Below are positions 1-13,924 of a stretch of DNA of 64,000 bases, piece after piece. The stretch's first letter is position 1, and every line of letters begins with the position of its first letter. This stretch comes from the human T2T-CHM13v2.0 reference genome, Homo sapiens. A program made the translations under genes and the position numbers. A model generated the notes under the pieces. The model searched no databases, was not told where the DNA came from, and saw only the letters and a list, made by a program, of their open reading frames with translations. The stretch is taken from the NCBI RefSeq assembly GCF_009914755.1, contig NC_060936.1; one strand, given 5' to 3'.

Positions 1-912
1 TTATTTTTATCAGACACATATATTTATGCCTAAAATATAGGCATAAATGTCTATTTAGTTTGGCCTGTTTTGGAAATTTATAAAAATGGAATAATACTTT
101 AGGTTTATTTCTGTCACTTATTTTGTTCAAAATTATATAATATATGTAAGATTCAGTAATGTTGTACACATACCTGCTATTAGGTTTCAAAGAAATTTCA
201 AATTGCAATGTCTTCCTCACAAAATTAATGTTTACTTATTATAAAGTAAAAGTCTTTATCTTTGGTAATGCCTTTCATTATATAATACTTTCTCAGTAAA
301 TTATATAACAATCCCAATTTTCTTGGTTCATCTCTTTCCATTCTTTTACTTTCTATATTTATTTTTAAATGCATAAAAAGCATATACATTGATGTTTAAG
401 TTCAGTCTTAAAATCTGTTCTTTAGCTCGAGAATTTAGTTGGTTGTATTTAGACTGATTTGTAATATAATTGGATTCACTTTTATATGTTGTTTTCCTAC
501 CGATTCTAAGTATTCTTTTTCTTATTTCTTGCCTTCTTTGGAATTAATTTTGTCTCATGATACATTTTTCTTGCTACCCCAGTATTTTTAAGGTATACAC
601 TTTTTTTTCAACTGTGGTAGGGATTACCATGGCAATTACAAAATACACATTTTCAACATTGAACTCTAATCAGTATCATTGCTTTCTTCCAAGATCATAT
701 AAAACCAACAGAATGATTTAATTTGCTCTACTCATAACAACTTACTTCTGTTCAATATTTTAATTCTACATATATAACTCTGTTAAACATTACATTATAT
801 GTTTTACTCAGTAACTAGTCATTTAGATATACTCATATATTTATCACTTTGTGTACTTTTTCTTCCATTAATTTTACCCCTTCATCGGGGTCCTCTTTCT
901 TTTTGTCTAGAG

Positions 913-1442
913 TAGTGGTCCCCAACCTTTTGGCATCAGGGACTGGTTTCCTGGAAGCCAATTTTTCCACAAACTGGGGTTAGGGATATGGTTTTGGGAT
1001 GATTCAAGTGCATTACATTTATTGTGCACTTTATTTCTATTATTATTACATTGTAATATATGATGAAATAATTATACAACTCACCATAATGTAGAACCAG
1101 CAGGAGCCCTAAGCGTGTTTTTCTGCAACCAGATGGTCCCATCTTGGGGTGGTGGGAGAGAGTGACAGATCATCAGCCATTAGATTCTCACAAGGGGCAT
1201 GCAACTTATATCCCTTACATGTGCACTTTACAATAGGATTTGTGCCCCTGTGAGAATCTAATACCTCCTCTGATCTGACAGGAGGTGGAGCTCAGGTGGT
1301 AATGCAAGCAATGGGGAGTGGCTGTAAATACAGATGAAGCTTTGCTTGCTTGCCCACTGCTCACCTCCTCTATGCAGCCAGGTTCCTAACAGGCCATGGA
1401 CCAGGGTACCAGGGACCTTGGCCTGGGGATCAAGGACCCCTG
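913..1442. mobile_element. MER1A (hAT-Charlie non-autonomous DNA transposon), full length
   Basis: TIRs tagtggtcccc...ggacccctg; ~530-bp body matches MER1A; degenerate 8-bp TSD gtctagag (905-912)/gcccagag (1443-1450) fits the Charlie NTCTAGAN target. Confidence 0.9.
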
Positions 1443-1450
1443 GCCCAGAG

Positions 1451-2330
1451 TACATCATTTAGACTTCAGCCCAGTTTCACCTGTGATAAATTCATTTTTT
1501 TCTGAAAATGTCTTTTGTTTTTTAACCTCCATTCTTGAGAAATTTTCTTTTCTTATATTTTTTGAGGTTGAAATTTATTTCTTTGGAGCCTGTTGAAGTT
1601 ATCATCACTGAAGTCTGGCTTCTATTATTGTTATTGAGAAGTGAGTTCTCTGTCAAATTATTACTCCTTTAAGTAATGTGGTTTTTAGCTTTTTAATTTT
1701 CTTGGTGTGCCACTGGTTTTCCTCAATTTTACAATGATATGCCTAGGGGTGGAAGTCCTTTTATTTATCCTTTGTTGGACTATTTTGGCTTGATGTCTTT
1801 TATCAGTTTTCAAATGTTCTTAGACTCTGTATCTTCAGATATGCATCTATGCCATTCTCTTTCTCTCACCTTCTGGAGCTTTGAATAGAAATGTTATATT
1901 TGATTCTATTATTTTTTGCTCTCTCTATATTAATTAATCTTTTCTGACTTATTGTCTAATAGTTCACCACTTTTTTTCTTCACCTGGTCCTATCAAATTC
2001 ACTGAGTTTTTAATTTATGTTGCTTTAATTTCTGAGCTTTTGATTCTCTTCATATTTGTACAATTATTTTTGTAGTTCATCATTCTCTGTGGATATTGCC
2101 AATCTTGTCTGTTCTTTAAACATTTTAACACTGTCATTAATTTATAATCTGGATTGGAAAGCTCCAACTCAACACATTGTGGTTTGGTTTCTGCATTCTG
2201 TTATGTAAGTTGGTTCTTGAGCACACTATACTGTTTCCTTTCATGCTTAGCTTATTTTGACTGGGATTTTTTTTCTCTGCTTGGAAAATTGTGGGAATTC
2301 TTTATGACTAAGTTGAAGTCAAACACTTTT
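1451..2330 (-). mobile_element. Ancient L1M fragments (ORF1-like region); probably also 1-912
   Basis: Strongly T-rich with degenerate antisense L1 motifs; boundaries approximate. Confidence 0.5.
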
Positions 2331-2802
2331 AGAGATTTTTCTTTCCTTCTGTTAATAGGGGTAAATGAAATTTCAATTTGTTTGGCTTTATTTTTTAAAC
2401 TATAATACTTAGGTGATGTGGGTTTAGGCTGAGAGGGGTTGAATGTGGTTTCCACTTCTAAGGAATGGTTTTTGCCACATCTTGTTAATGCTATAATATG
2501 AGTGAAAAGAGGAGGGTTCAAGATCTACAAGAAACTGAACTATATTTCATCCACTACCTTTAACAAAATAATGTTGACTAGAGACTGACTAGAAAGAGCT
2601 TTTTCAAATTACTTGTATTCATTATGGAATTATTCAATGTACCATAAGATTATCTAATATGAAATATCTAATTTATTTAAATTAAGCCTTCCTATTAATA
2701 CACATCTCATAGACATATTTCACGGGGTTGGAGGCAAAATGCCTTATCTAGGTGGATATTTATGGTGGTCCATTGGTCACCCTCGAGATACGGATTCAGA
2801 TT

Positions 2803-2887
2803 CTCTCTCTCTCTCTCTTCCTCCCTACTTCTGTCTTCTCCTCCTCCTCCTTCTTCTCTCTGTGTTTCCTTCTCTCTCCCTCCCACT
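2803..2887 (+). repeat. CT-rich simple/low-complexity polypyrimidine tract
   Basis: (CT)n and (CCT)n runs read directly. Confidence 0.9.
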
Positions 2888-3974
2888 TAATTATTACAGT
2901 GATGTGGGCCTCTTACAAGGTCTTTGATCAGAGTGAGGTGTGGGCGCTGATTAAAGATTTTACCATCTACTGTTAGAAAACTGGAGAAATCTTTCCAGTG
3001 GAAACAAATGTCATTGAGGTATGAAGGTTTGGGGTTTATATATTAGTAATTTGTAAACCATAATAAAATGGTTCTCCATATGATAAGTGCACATACTTGT
3101 TGTTAATACCACCCAACTGATTGTGAGATTTACCTGTATGTAAATCAGAGAACTCTAAAATATTAAACCTTGATGTGATTTCCAAATATCTGGTTGTGGT
3201 ACTGCAGCCGTCTTTCTTGAGTTTTATATATATGCAAATCAAACAACCATCATGTGGTGATACTGATTAGATGTGAGGCCTTTTTCTGACTGTAGGCAGC
3301 ACTTTTGTGTTTGAACTGATAAAGTGTTGTGGCCACAACTGAGACTTAGATTTATTACACACCCACACACACTGTACACACTACCAACTCTGCTTATTGT
3401 CAAATTGCTTTCGTTGAAATCCCTTGGGAATGGAGAAGTGTAGATGGGTTTACTCCAGATTCACTTTTACATTGAGGATGTAGCCTTTAGAGTCCTAGCT
3501 TTCCTGGTAGAAGGGTATGAGTGGTTTTCTATCTATACTCTGCACCATGGACAGCTCTAGGTCTTTGGGTTCTGTCCTTATGCCTTACAAGGCCAATAAG
3601 CATCAGTACAATATCACCATGATTGGCAAATGTCTTCAGGGAAAACATGGCTGCTGTGCTCTGTTTGCTTTTCTGGAGAATTTCATACTTATATTTTGGC
3701 TTATTGATTCATTTTATCTTATCAGTTCTTTGAAGCTTTTAAAACAATTTCTTTAAGTATTTTAATTAGTATCTTAATTGTTTTCAGAGGGACTGTGGGA
3801 TTATACTGAATAGGAAGCCTGATGGTTACCAAAGACTTGTTGACAATTTTTCCCATTGTCAATACCTGGGAGTAGAGTGGGGATTGGTAGGGCTTCAACT
3901 CTAATTTTGTGAATCAGTGAATGGATAGGATCCAAACTCTTACTCCTTCTTCATCACTGCCCTTAGCTTCACTA

Positions 3975-4364
<390 letters not shown>

Positions 4365-4699
4365 TTATAGTACTGAGTAAATTCAAAATCACATTCTTCT
4401 TATTTTTTGCTAGTGTTATATTTAGCAATATTTAAACCTCATTCCTTCTTTCTTAAAAGGAATTATACTTATTAGATAGACCATTTATTTTTGCTTATCA
4501 TTAATGGTAGACATTTGCAAGGTGCATGTCTTCATACTGTGTATTGAGTTTGGAGTAGTGAACATGAACCAACTTCAAATTAAGGACATTTGGTATATTT
4601 TATGGATATGGTCCTGGCTTTGAATATTTGAGGCAGTTTCATATACTAATATAAAGTTTTATGATATTTTGCATTAATATTCTCTAATATAATAATTTT

Positions 4700-5140
4700 G
4701 GACTCTATTTGACAGCTTCTGCTGCAAAAGGTTCTGTAACAAATAACCTTTGACTTTCAGTACCTTACATAACTATAGATTTACTTCTCAGTTATATTTC
4801 ATGTCAGTGTCTGTGGGTTAGATACTGACTCTGCTCCAAGTTCAATGGCAAATTTAGAGTAACTTCAATGTCTTCTCTCATTCTATGACTGGTGTGGTGA
4901 GGCACACATCTCGGATGTGATGTTTTTGTGGTAGTGTACAGAAACAAATGGGAATCAGAAACTTGCCATGCCTTTTACAGCCATTACTCAAAACTGGCAA
5001 CATGTCACATATGCCCATATTCTGTTAGCCAAAGAAAACCTTATGGCTGAGCCGCCTATCATTGGGTAGGTAAAAATATGCTTCCTAATGAGGTGGAGCA
5101 AAGGGAGAGTGAAAGTTAGCAGAAAAAGGAAATCTACCTC
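4700..5140 (-). mobile_element. Old MaLR LTR (MLT1J/K/L-like)
   Basis: Motifs ctgtaacaaataacc and tgtcac...cccatattctgttagccaaag...atggctgagcc typical of MLT1J/K. Confidence 0.6.
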
Positions 5141-7629
5141 AATGACACTTTGGTTATTATTTTATTTTTCTAAAATTATGGAACATTTAAAACAGAAATA
5201 AAATTGTATAATATAACATAAAAAACAATGTACCAGCCAACTAGTTTTAGGAAAACTGGTTTTTTTTTAGTATCTGCAACAGATATTTTTTAAAATGTAT
5301 CAATTCCAGAGATAGTTGAAGCCTTATGTTCAAGACATTAGTCATTTCTTTGTCATCTCTTCCTTCCCAGTGTTAATCACCATCTTGAAATTAATGTTTC
5401 TGTTGTTCGTGCATGTGTACACATTTACTACGTATGAGCATATACAAAAATAAGAATGTGTAGATGTGAAAGTTTTCATTGTTATAAAAATATATTCTTA
5501 TATTCATTGCATTCTACAAATTGATTTTATATCCTAATTATTTTTATATTTTTCTATATTAACACATAATCCTAGTTTTGTTTATTTTTATACAAGTATT
5601 TGTAGATATTTATGAGGTAAATTTAATCTCTTGTCAGATGAATAGTTTGCAAATGTGCTCACCGGTTTAACAGGTTGCTTCTTTACTCTATTGATTTTTT
5701 CCTTTGCTGAGCAGAAGCTCTTTGGTTTAATTTAATATAGTCCCATTGACTATTTTTGTTTATGTTGCATGTGCTTTTGAGGTTTTAGCCATAAAATCTT
5801 TGCCTAGATCAATGAACTAGTGTTTCCCCTGCATTTTCTTTTAATAGTTTCATATTTTTTTGTCTTACATTTAAGTCTTTAATCCATCTTGAGTAAATTT
5901 TTATATATGGTAAGAAATAAGGGTTCCATTTCATTTTTCTGTATATGGATATCCAATTTTTCCAGCACCATTTATTGAAGAGGGTGTCATTTCTCCAAAG
6001 TATATTATTGTTGGCTTTGTCTAAAATAAGTTGGTTGTTAGCACATTTATTTCTGGGTTCTATATTCTGCTACATTTGTCTATGTGTCTGTTTTGATACT
6101 AAGGCCATACTGTTTGGTGTATTCTGTGGAGGTTTTTGGATCCACCATCATCAGAGATATTGGCCTACTGTTTTGTTGTTGTTGTTGTTGTTGTTATTGT
6201 TCTGTCCTTTTCTGGTTTCAGTTTCAGGGTAATGCTGACCTTACAGAATAAGTTAGGGAGAATTTTCTCCTCTTTAATTTTTTGAAATTGTTTGAGAAGA
6301 ATCGGTGTTAGTTTCTACATGAAACATTGGTAGAATTTAGTAGTAAAGCCATCAGTCCTATAGTTGTCTTTGTTTGGAGACTTTTTATTACCAATTCAAT
6401 TTCATTAATCATTGTTCATTTGTTCAGGTTTTCTATTTCTTCCTGATACACTCTTGGTAGGTTGTATGTGTTCAGACATTTATTCATTTCCTCTAGGTTT
6501 TCCAGTTTGTGAGTACATAGTTGCTTATACTCGACTCTGATGATCTTTTGTGTATCTGTGATGTCAGTTGTAATATTTCCTTTTTCTTCTCTAAATTGTT
6601 TATTTTGGTCTTTTTTTCCTTGGTTAGTCTTATTAGTGGCTTATTGATTTTGTTCATCTTCTGAGAAAGCCAACTTTTCATTTTGTCAATGGTTTGTCTT
6701 GTTTTTCTTCAGTCTCTATGTTGTTTAGTTCTGCTCTAATCTTTATTATTCTTTTCTCTTCCATGAACTTTGTGTTTGGTTTTGTTCTGCTTTTCTAGTT
6801 ATTTGACATGTATTGTTACATTGTTTATATGGAATCTTTCTGATTTTTAAATGTACGTGTTTATTGCTATGCACTTTCCTCTAGCGCTGCTTTTGCTGTT
6901 ATCTCATCAGTTTTGCAATGTTATGTTTTGACACTTATTTATTTCAAGGATTCTTTTGTATTTCTTAATTTCTTCTTTGATCCAGTGGACTTTCAGGAGC
7001 ATGTTGTTTAATTTCCGTGTAGTTGCACAGTTTCCCAAGTTCCTCTTGTTACCGATATCTATTTTTATTCCCTTGTGGCCTGAGATTATAATTGATATAA
7101 TTTTCTTTTTAAAAAATGTATTGACACTTGTTTTGTGCCCTAACATATGATCTATCCTGGAGAGTGTTCTGTGTGCTGATGAAAAGAATGTGTATTCTGT
7201 GGCTATTGGGTGAAATGTCCTGTAAATGTCTGTTAGGTACAGTTGGTCTAATGTGCAGTTTAAATCTAATGTTTCTTTGTTAATTTTCTCTCTACCTAAT
7301 CTGTCTAATGCTGAGAGCAGAGTGTTGAAGTTCCCAACTATTGTTGTACTTGAGTCTAGCTATCCCTTATATGTGATAATGATTGCTTTATATATCTGAG
7401 TGCTCCACTATTGGGTGCACATATGTCTAGAATTCTTATATCATCTCACTGAATTGATACATTTGTCATTATATAATGACCTTTTTGTCTTCTTTTACTT
7501 TTTTGACTTAAAAACTGTTTTATCTAATGTAGGTATAGCCATTCCTACTGGATTTTGGTTTCTGTTTACATGAAATATCTTTCCCATCCCAACATTTTCA
7601 GTCTGTATATTTCTTTACAAGTAAGATAA

Positions 7630-7969
<340 letters not shown>

Positions 7970-8867
7970 AGGGTATTTTGTTTTTAATCCATTCAGCCAG
8001 GCTGTATGTTTTAAGTGGAAAGTTTAACTCATTGACATTAACAGTAATTATTGACATGTGAGGGCTTATTCCTGTCATTTTATTAATTGATTTCTGGTGT
8101 TTTATACATCCTTTATTTCTTTTTTTCTTACTGTTCCTCATTATAGTTTGATGGTTTTCTGTATTTGTATCATTTGAGTCATTTTTCTCATTTGTGTGTT
8201 CTTTGTACCAGTGGGTTTTATAGTTTTGTGTGTTTTCATGATGGTAAGTATCATTCTTCACTTATTTTGTGTAGGACTCCCTTAAGCATTTCCTCTAGGC
8301 CTATCTTAGTGATGATGAATTCCTTTAACTTTTGTTTTTCTAGGAAATACTTTATTTCTTCTTCATTTATTAAGGATAGCTTTTCTGGCTGTAGTATCTT
8401 GGCTAGCAGGTGTCTTTTTGTTTGTTCATTTTTGTTTTTGTTTTTTTTTTCCAGCACATTAAATATATCATCTTATTATCCGTTGACCTGTAAAGTGTCT
8501 GCTGAAGAATTCATTGTTCATTTTATGGCAGTTCTGCTACAAGTAACTACAAGGCTTTCTCTTGCTGTTTTTAGAATTCTTTATTTGTCTTTGACCTTTC
8601 ACAGTTTGACCATAATGTGCTATGGAGAAGACCTTAAATTGTATCTATCTGGAGATCTTTGAGCTTTCTTATCTGTATGTCTAAATCTCTTGCTAGAATT
8701 TTTTTCTAGTGATTATTTTGTTAAATTGCTTTCTATTACTTTGATATTTCTCTTCACTTTCTGGGACACCACAAATGCAAATATTTGTTTGCTTTATGGT
8801 GACCCAAATGTCAAATAGGCTTTTCTCATTATTTTTGATTCATTTTTCTATATTTTTGTCTGACTGG

Positions 8868-11630
8868 TTTTTTAGACCTTTCTTTCTTTGCTATAAAAAC
8901 TACCCAAGACAAGGTAATTTATAACAAAAAGAGGTTTAATGGGCTTACGATTCTGCAGGCTGTACAGAAACCATGGCACTGGGCATCTGTTTGGCTTCTT
9001 ATAAGGCTTCAGGAAAGTTCCAATCATGGCAGAAGACAAAGGGGGAGTAAGCACATCACATGGAGAAAGCAGGAGTAAATAGGAGAGAAAGATAGTGGGG
9101 GCTCCAGGGGGAGTCACACAATTTTAAATAGCCAGATATCATTTGCTGTGGTTTAGCTGTGTCCCTGCCCAATCTCATTTTGAGTTGTAGCTCCCATAAT
9201 CCCATGTTGTGGGAGGGACCTGGTGGGAGGTAATTGAATCATGAGGGTGAGCCTTTCCCATGCTGTTCTCATAAATAGTGAATAAGTCTCATGAGATCTG
9301 ATGGTTTTATAAAGGGGAGTTCCCCTGAACATGCTCTCTTGCCTGATGCCATGTAAGATGTGACTTTGCTCCTCATTTGCCTTCCACCATGATTGTCAGG
9401 CCTCCGAGCCATGTGGAATTGTGAGTCAGTTAAACCTCTTTCCTTTATAAATTACCCAGTCTTGGGTATGTCTTTATTAACAGCCTGAGAAAGGACTAAT
9501 ACAGCAAACTGGTACCAGGTAGTGGGGCACTGTGTAAAGATACCCAAAAATGTGGAAGCAACTTTGGAACTGGATAATAGATAGAGGTTGGAACAGGTTG
9601 GAGGGCTCAGAAGAAGACAGGAAAATGTGGGAAAGTTTGGAACTTCCTAGAGACGTGGAGGAGTCACAAGATAGGCAGATGTAGGAAGGTTTGGAACTTC
9701 CTAGAGGCTTGTTGAATGGCTTTGACCAAAATGTTAATAGTGATATAGACAATAAGGTCCAGGCTGAGGTGGTCTCAGATAGAGATGAGGAACTTGCTGG
9801 GAACTGGAGTAAAGGTCACTCTTGTTATGCAAAGACACTGATGGCATTTTGCCCCTGCCCTAGAGAACTGTGGAACATTGAACTTGAGAGACATGATTTA
9901 GGGTATCTGATGGAAGAAATTTCTAAGTGGCAAAGCATTCAAGAGGAAGCAGAGCATAAAATTTTGAAAAATTTGCAGGCTGACTATGCAATAGAAAAGA
10001 AAACACTATTTTCTGGGGAGAAATTCAAGCTGGCTGCAGAAATTTGCATAAGTAATGAGAAACCAAGTGTTAATCAACAAGACAATGGGGAAATATCTCC
10101 AGGCCATGTCAGAGACCTTCATAGCAGCCACACCTATCACAGTCCTGGAGACCTAAGAGGGAAAAATGGTTTCCTGGCTGGGCCCAGGGTCCCCCTGTTC
10201 TATGAAGCCCTGGGTCAGCGTACCCTGCATCCCAGCTGCTCCAGCTCCAGCCATGGCTAAAAGAGGCCAATATACGGCTCAGGCCATTGCTTCAGAGGGA
10301 GGAAGTTCCAAGCCTTGGTGGCTTACACATGATATTGAGACTGTGGGTACACAGAAGTCAAGAATTGAGGTTTGGAAACGTCCATCTAGATTTCACAGGA
10401 TGTATGGAAACACCTGGATATCCAGGCAGAAGTTTGCTACAGGGGTGGTTCTCTCATGGAGAACCTCAGCTAAAGCAACATGGAAGGGAAATGTGGGGTT
10501 GTAACCACCACACAGAGTTCCCACTGGGGCACTGCCTGGTGGATCTGTGAGAAGAGGGCCGCCATCATCCAGATTCCAGAATGATAGATTCATGGGCTGC
10601 TTGCACTTTGCATGTGGAAAAGCCACAGCCCCTTAATGCCATCCCATGAAAGCAGCTAGGAAGGGGGCTGTACCCTATAAAGCCACAGGGGCAGAGTTGC
10701 TTAAGTCTCTGGGAACCCACATCTTTCATCAGCATGACCTAGATGTGAGACACAGAGTCAAAGGAGACCATTTTGGAAATCTAAGGTTTAATCACTGGCC
10801 TACTGAATTTTGGACTTCCATAGGGCCTGTAGTCCCTTTATTTTGGCCACTTTCTCACATTTGGAACAGGTATATTTACCGAATCCCTGTATCACCATTG
10901 TATCTGGGAAGTAACTAACTTGCTTTTGATTTTACAGGCTCATAGGTGAAAGGGACTTGCCCTGTCTCTGATGAAACTTTGAACTGTGGACTTTCAAGTT
11001 AATGCTGAAATGAGTTAAGACTTTGGGGAACTGTTGGGAAGGCATGATTGGTTTTGAAATATGAGGACATAGGATTTGGTAGGGGCTGGGTGTGGAATGA
11101 TATAGTTTGGCTGTGTCCCCATCCAAATCTCTTCTTGAATTCTAGCTCCCATAATTCCCATGTGTCCTGGGAGTAACTGGTGGGAAGTAATTGAATCATG
11201 GAAGCAGGTCTTTTCTGTGCTGTTGTTGTGATAGCGAGTAAGTCTCATGAGATCACATGGTTTTTATAACGGGGAGTTGTCCTGCACATGCTCTCTTGCC
11301 AGGACCACATAAGACGTGACTTTGCTCCTTCTGTGTCCACTGCCATGATTATGAGGCCTCCCTATCCATGTGGATCTCTGAGTCAATTAAACATCTTTCT
11401 TTTATAAATTATCCAGTCTCGGGTATGACTTTACTAGCAGCATGAGAACAGACTAATACATTATGTGAACTCAGAGTGAGAGCTCACTTATCACCAAAGA
11501 AGATAGCCTAAGCCATTCATGAAAGATTCATCTCCATGATCCAAACATCTCCCACCAGGCCCTGCTTTCAACACTGAGGATTACAATTCAACATGACATT
11601 TGGACAAGGACAAATATCCAAACCATATCA
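8868..11630 (-). mobile_element. MST (MSTA/MSTB) solo LTR split into 8868-9143 and 11461-11630 by a THE1 provirus
   Basis: gctataaa...gaggtttaat...ttctgcaggctgtacag; resumes at gtgaactcagagtgagagctcac and ends aaaccatatca. Confidence 0.85.
9144..11460 (+). mobile_element. Complete THE1B/C MaLR provirus (5'LTR 9144-9503, internal 9504-11097, 3'LTR 11098-11460)
   Basis: Two ~360-bp LTRs TG...gactaataca; internal begins gcaaactggtaccag and ends in a purine-rich tract; broken MaLR internal ORF (9691-10918 pieces); decayed 5-bp TSD tcatt/ttatg. Confidence 0.95.
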
Positions 11631-12061
11631 ATCAGTTCTTTCAAAAGACCTTCAAGTCCAGAAATTCTTTCCTCTGATTGATCTAGCATATTGTTAAAGA
11701 TTTCAAATGTATTTTGTGTATCCTTCAATAAATTTTTCAGTTCCAGAATTTGTTTTGTTATATTAAAAGGTATTTTTGGTAAATTTATCATTCATATACT
11801 GAATTTTTTTCTCATTTCTTTGTGTTGAATATCTGAGAACTGTTATATCTCACTTTCTTTAATATTAGTTTAATTTTTTCTCCAGAATTGTATGCATTTA
11901 TTTTTCATTGGAAGTTATTGCTGTAGAATTATCATGTTCCTTTGGAGATGGCATGTTTCTTTGCTTTTTTATGTTTCTTTTGTCCTTACATTGATATCTG
12001 CTGTAACAGTCACTTCTTCCAGTTTTTAAATTTGCTTTTATAGTGGAGAACTTTTTCCTGA

Positions 12062-12094
<33 letters not shown>

Positions 12095-12116
12095 GTATGT
12101 GTGTGTATATATATAT
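12062..12116. repeat. (TA)n/(TG)n microsatellite
   Basis: Read directly. Confidence 0.95.
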
Positions 12117-13489
12117 GGTGTTGGTTGGGTAGGACACTTTGCTTCTGGGTACATGCAGTAGTGTAGTCCCCATATGATTTCTTCAGCTTCAAACAATATC
12201 AGAAATTTCTGTGATTTCCTTAGTGGCTTACACCATGGTTGTTAGTGGAAGTTGTGGCAAAATTTTTCTGGGAACAGGGAAGTTGGGTGGGCCAATCCTC
12301 ATGCCCCATTGTTGGCAGTGGTGGGGCAAGCATGCTTGTCTTTGGCCCCAGAGCAGCATACATTGGCACTGGTGTTAATGGCTTCAGGCAGACTGATTAT
12401 TTGGCTTCCAAGGAGCTTGCAGGGGCAGCGGTTTGCCAGGTGTGTGGGTGGGTCATCCGGCTCCCAAGCATGAGAATGGTATGATTAATGGTGGTAGCAG
12501 TGGTGGGACAATCCTTTGGCTCTCAAGTGGTCTGCACTGTTGTTGGTGGTGGCTGTGATGACTGGGTGGGCCAATGTCCAAGCCTACAGGTGGTCTATAT
12601 GGATGGGTACAGGTGTGGTGGTAGAAGCAGGTTTGGTGGACCTGTTCTCATGCCCCTAGGAGGAGTGTTCAGGTACCACCTGAACACTGGTAGTGGATAG
12701 GGCAGAGAGAGTCTCAGTCTTCCAGACCATGTGCTCAGGCTCTGAGGAGGGTAAAACTGGGCTGGGTGGGGTTGTTGTCAGTGACAAAAGTCATAAACAG
12801 GCTGGGGAGCATGAGCTTTGGCCCCATGTGGTAGCTGCAACAGGACAGCCTATCCTCAGGGCACTTATGCATGTGGTACAATCCTGCTACTGGGAGTGGT
12901 GGGATCGCTGCCAATGCCTTGCACTTTGGATCTGGCAGCAGCACCCAGCAGTGGTGCCCAACAGACGTCAAGGATGTCAATGGGGCTCCAGGGATGTGGA
13001 GATGCAGGAGGTTTTGGGTACCAAGGCAGGATGCAGTCTGGTAAGGGCTCGGCTCTCCAAATGACACTGTACAGCAGCTGCTTAGAACGTGGAGGATGTG
13101 TGGGACCCAGTGTGAGCTTATTTGGAATACTGTCATTGCATGGTCTCTAGGCAGCTTCCTATGTTAGTCTCAGGGCCCACTTGAATTGAGAGGCTCTTTC
13201 ATGGCTAGGATTGCCAAAGTCTGTTGTGGGAATGTGAACTGCTAGGGGTCACTCACCCTCCCTGACACTGGGGTGCCTCTCTGGGCTCCCAGCCAATCCC
13301 AGCAGAGCAGGCTTCCTCACTTCCCTCTCCTTCCTTGCCTTGGATGTTTCCTGTCATTTCTCTGTTGAATTCCAGAATTCTCTCATAGGTAATATATTCA
13401 AAGCTTATTTATCTACTCATTATTTTGGTTCTTTGTTGGGGAGGCAAGTCCCAGATGCCTTTAGTCAGCCATCTTGAAGCCCATTCCTC

Positions 13490-13924
13490 TAATACAGAGT
13501 TTTGACATACGCATACATTGTGAAATTGCTAAATCAAGCAAATTAACATAAGAATTACCTTCTATACCTATTTTTTTGTGTGTGGTGAAAACATTTACAA
13601 TCTACTCTCAGCAATTTTTGAGTATACAACATGTTGTTATTAACTATATTCTTAACAATGTACAGTAGATCTCATAAAATTATTCCTCTTATCTGACATT
13701 TTGTACCCTTTGGCCAAAATCTATTCAATCTCCCCTTTCTAGTAACCATAACCTTAAAAAAGAAGGAAAGAAAATCCTGTCATTTATGACAACATAGATG
13801 AACCTGTAAGACATTATGGTAAGTGAAATAAGCCAGCCACAGAAAGATAAATGCCACATGATCTCATGTGTATGTGCATTCTAGAAAGATGAACTCATAG
13901 AAGCAGAAACCAGAATGTAGGTTG
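13490..13924 (-). mobile_element. L1MA (MA8/9-like) 3' end with inverted 5' part (minus 13490-13750; plus 13751-13924); extreme 3' end at ~5580-5620
   Basis: catacattgtgaaat...aaatcaagcaaattaacat...atctactctcagcaatttt, then sense gaaaatcctgtcattt...catagaagcaga. Confidence 0.8.

Noticed and set aside
9600-9710. ~55-bp tandem duplication in the THE1 internal region
   Set aside because: As I recall this is a consensus feature of THE1 internal sequences, not locus-specific
9691-10918. 189-aa and neighbouring ORFs as a novel gene
   Set aside because: Fragments of the known MaLR (THE1) internal ORF, broken by frameshifts
12239-13150. Several overlapping 70-133 aa ORFs in a GC-richer block
   Set aside because: They lie in the antisense 5'UTR of the old L1; GC content explains the open frames
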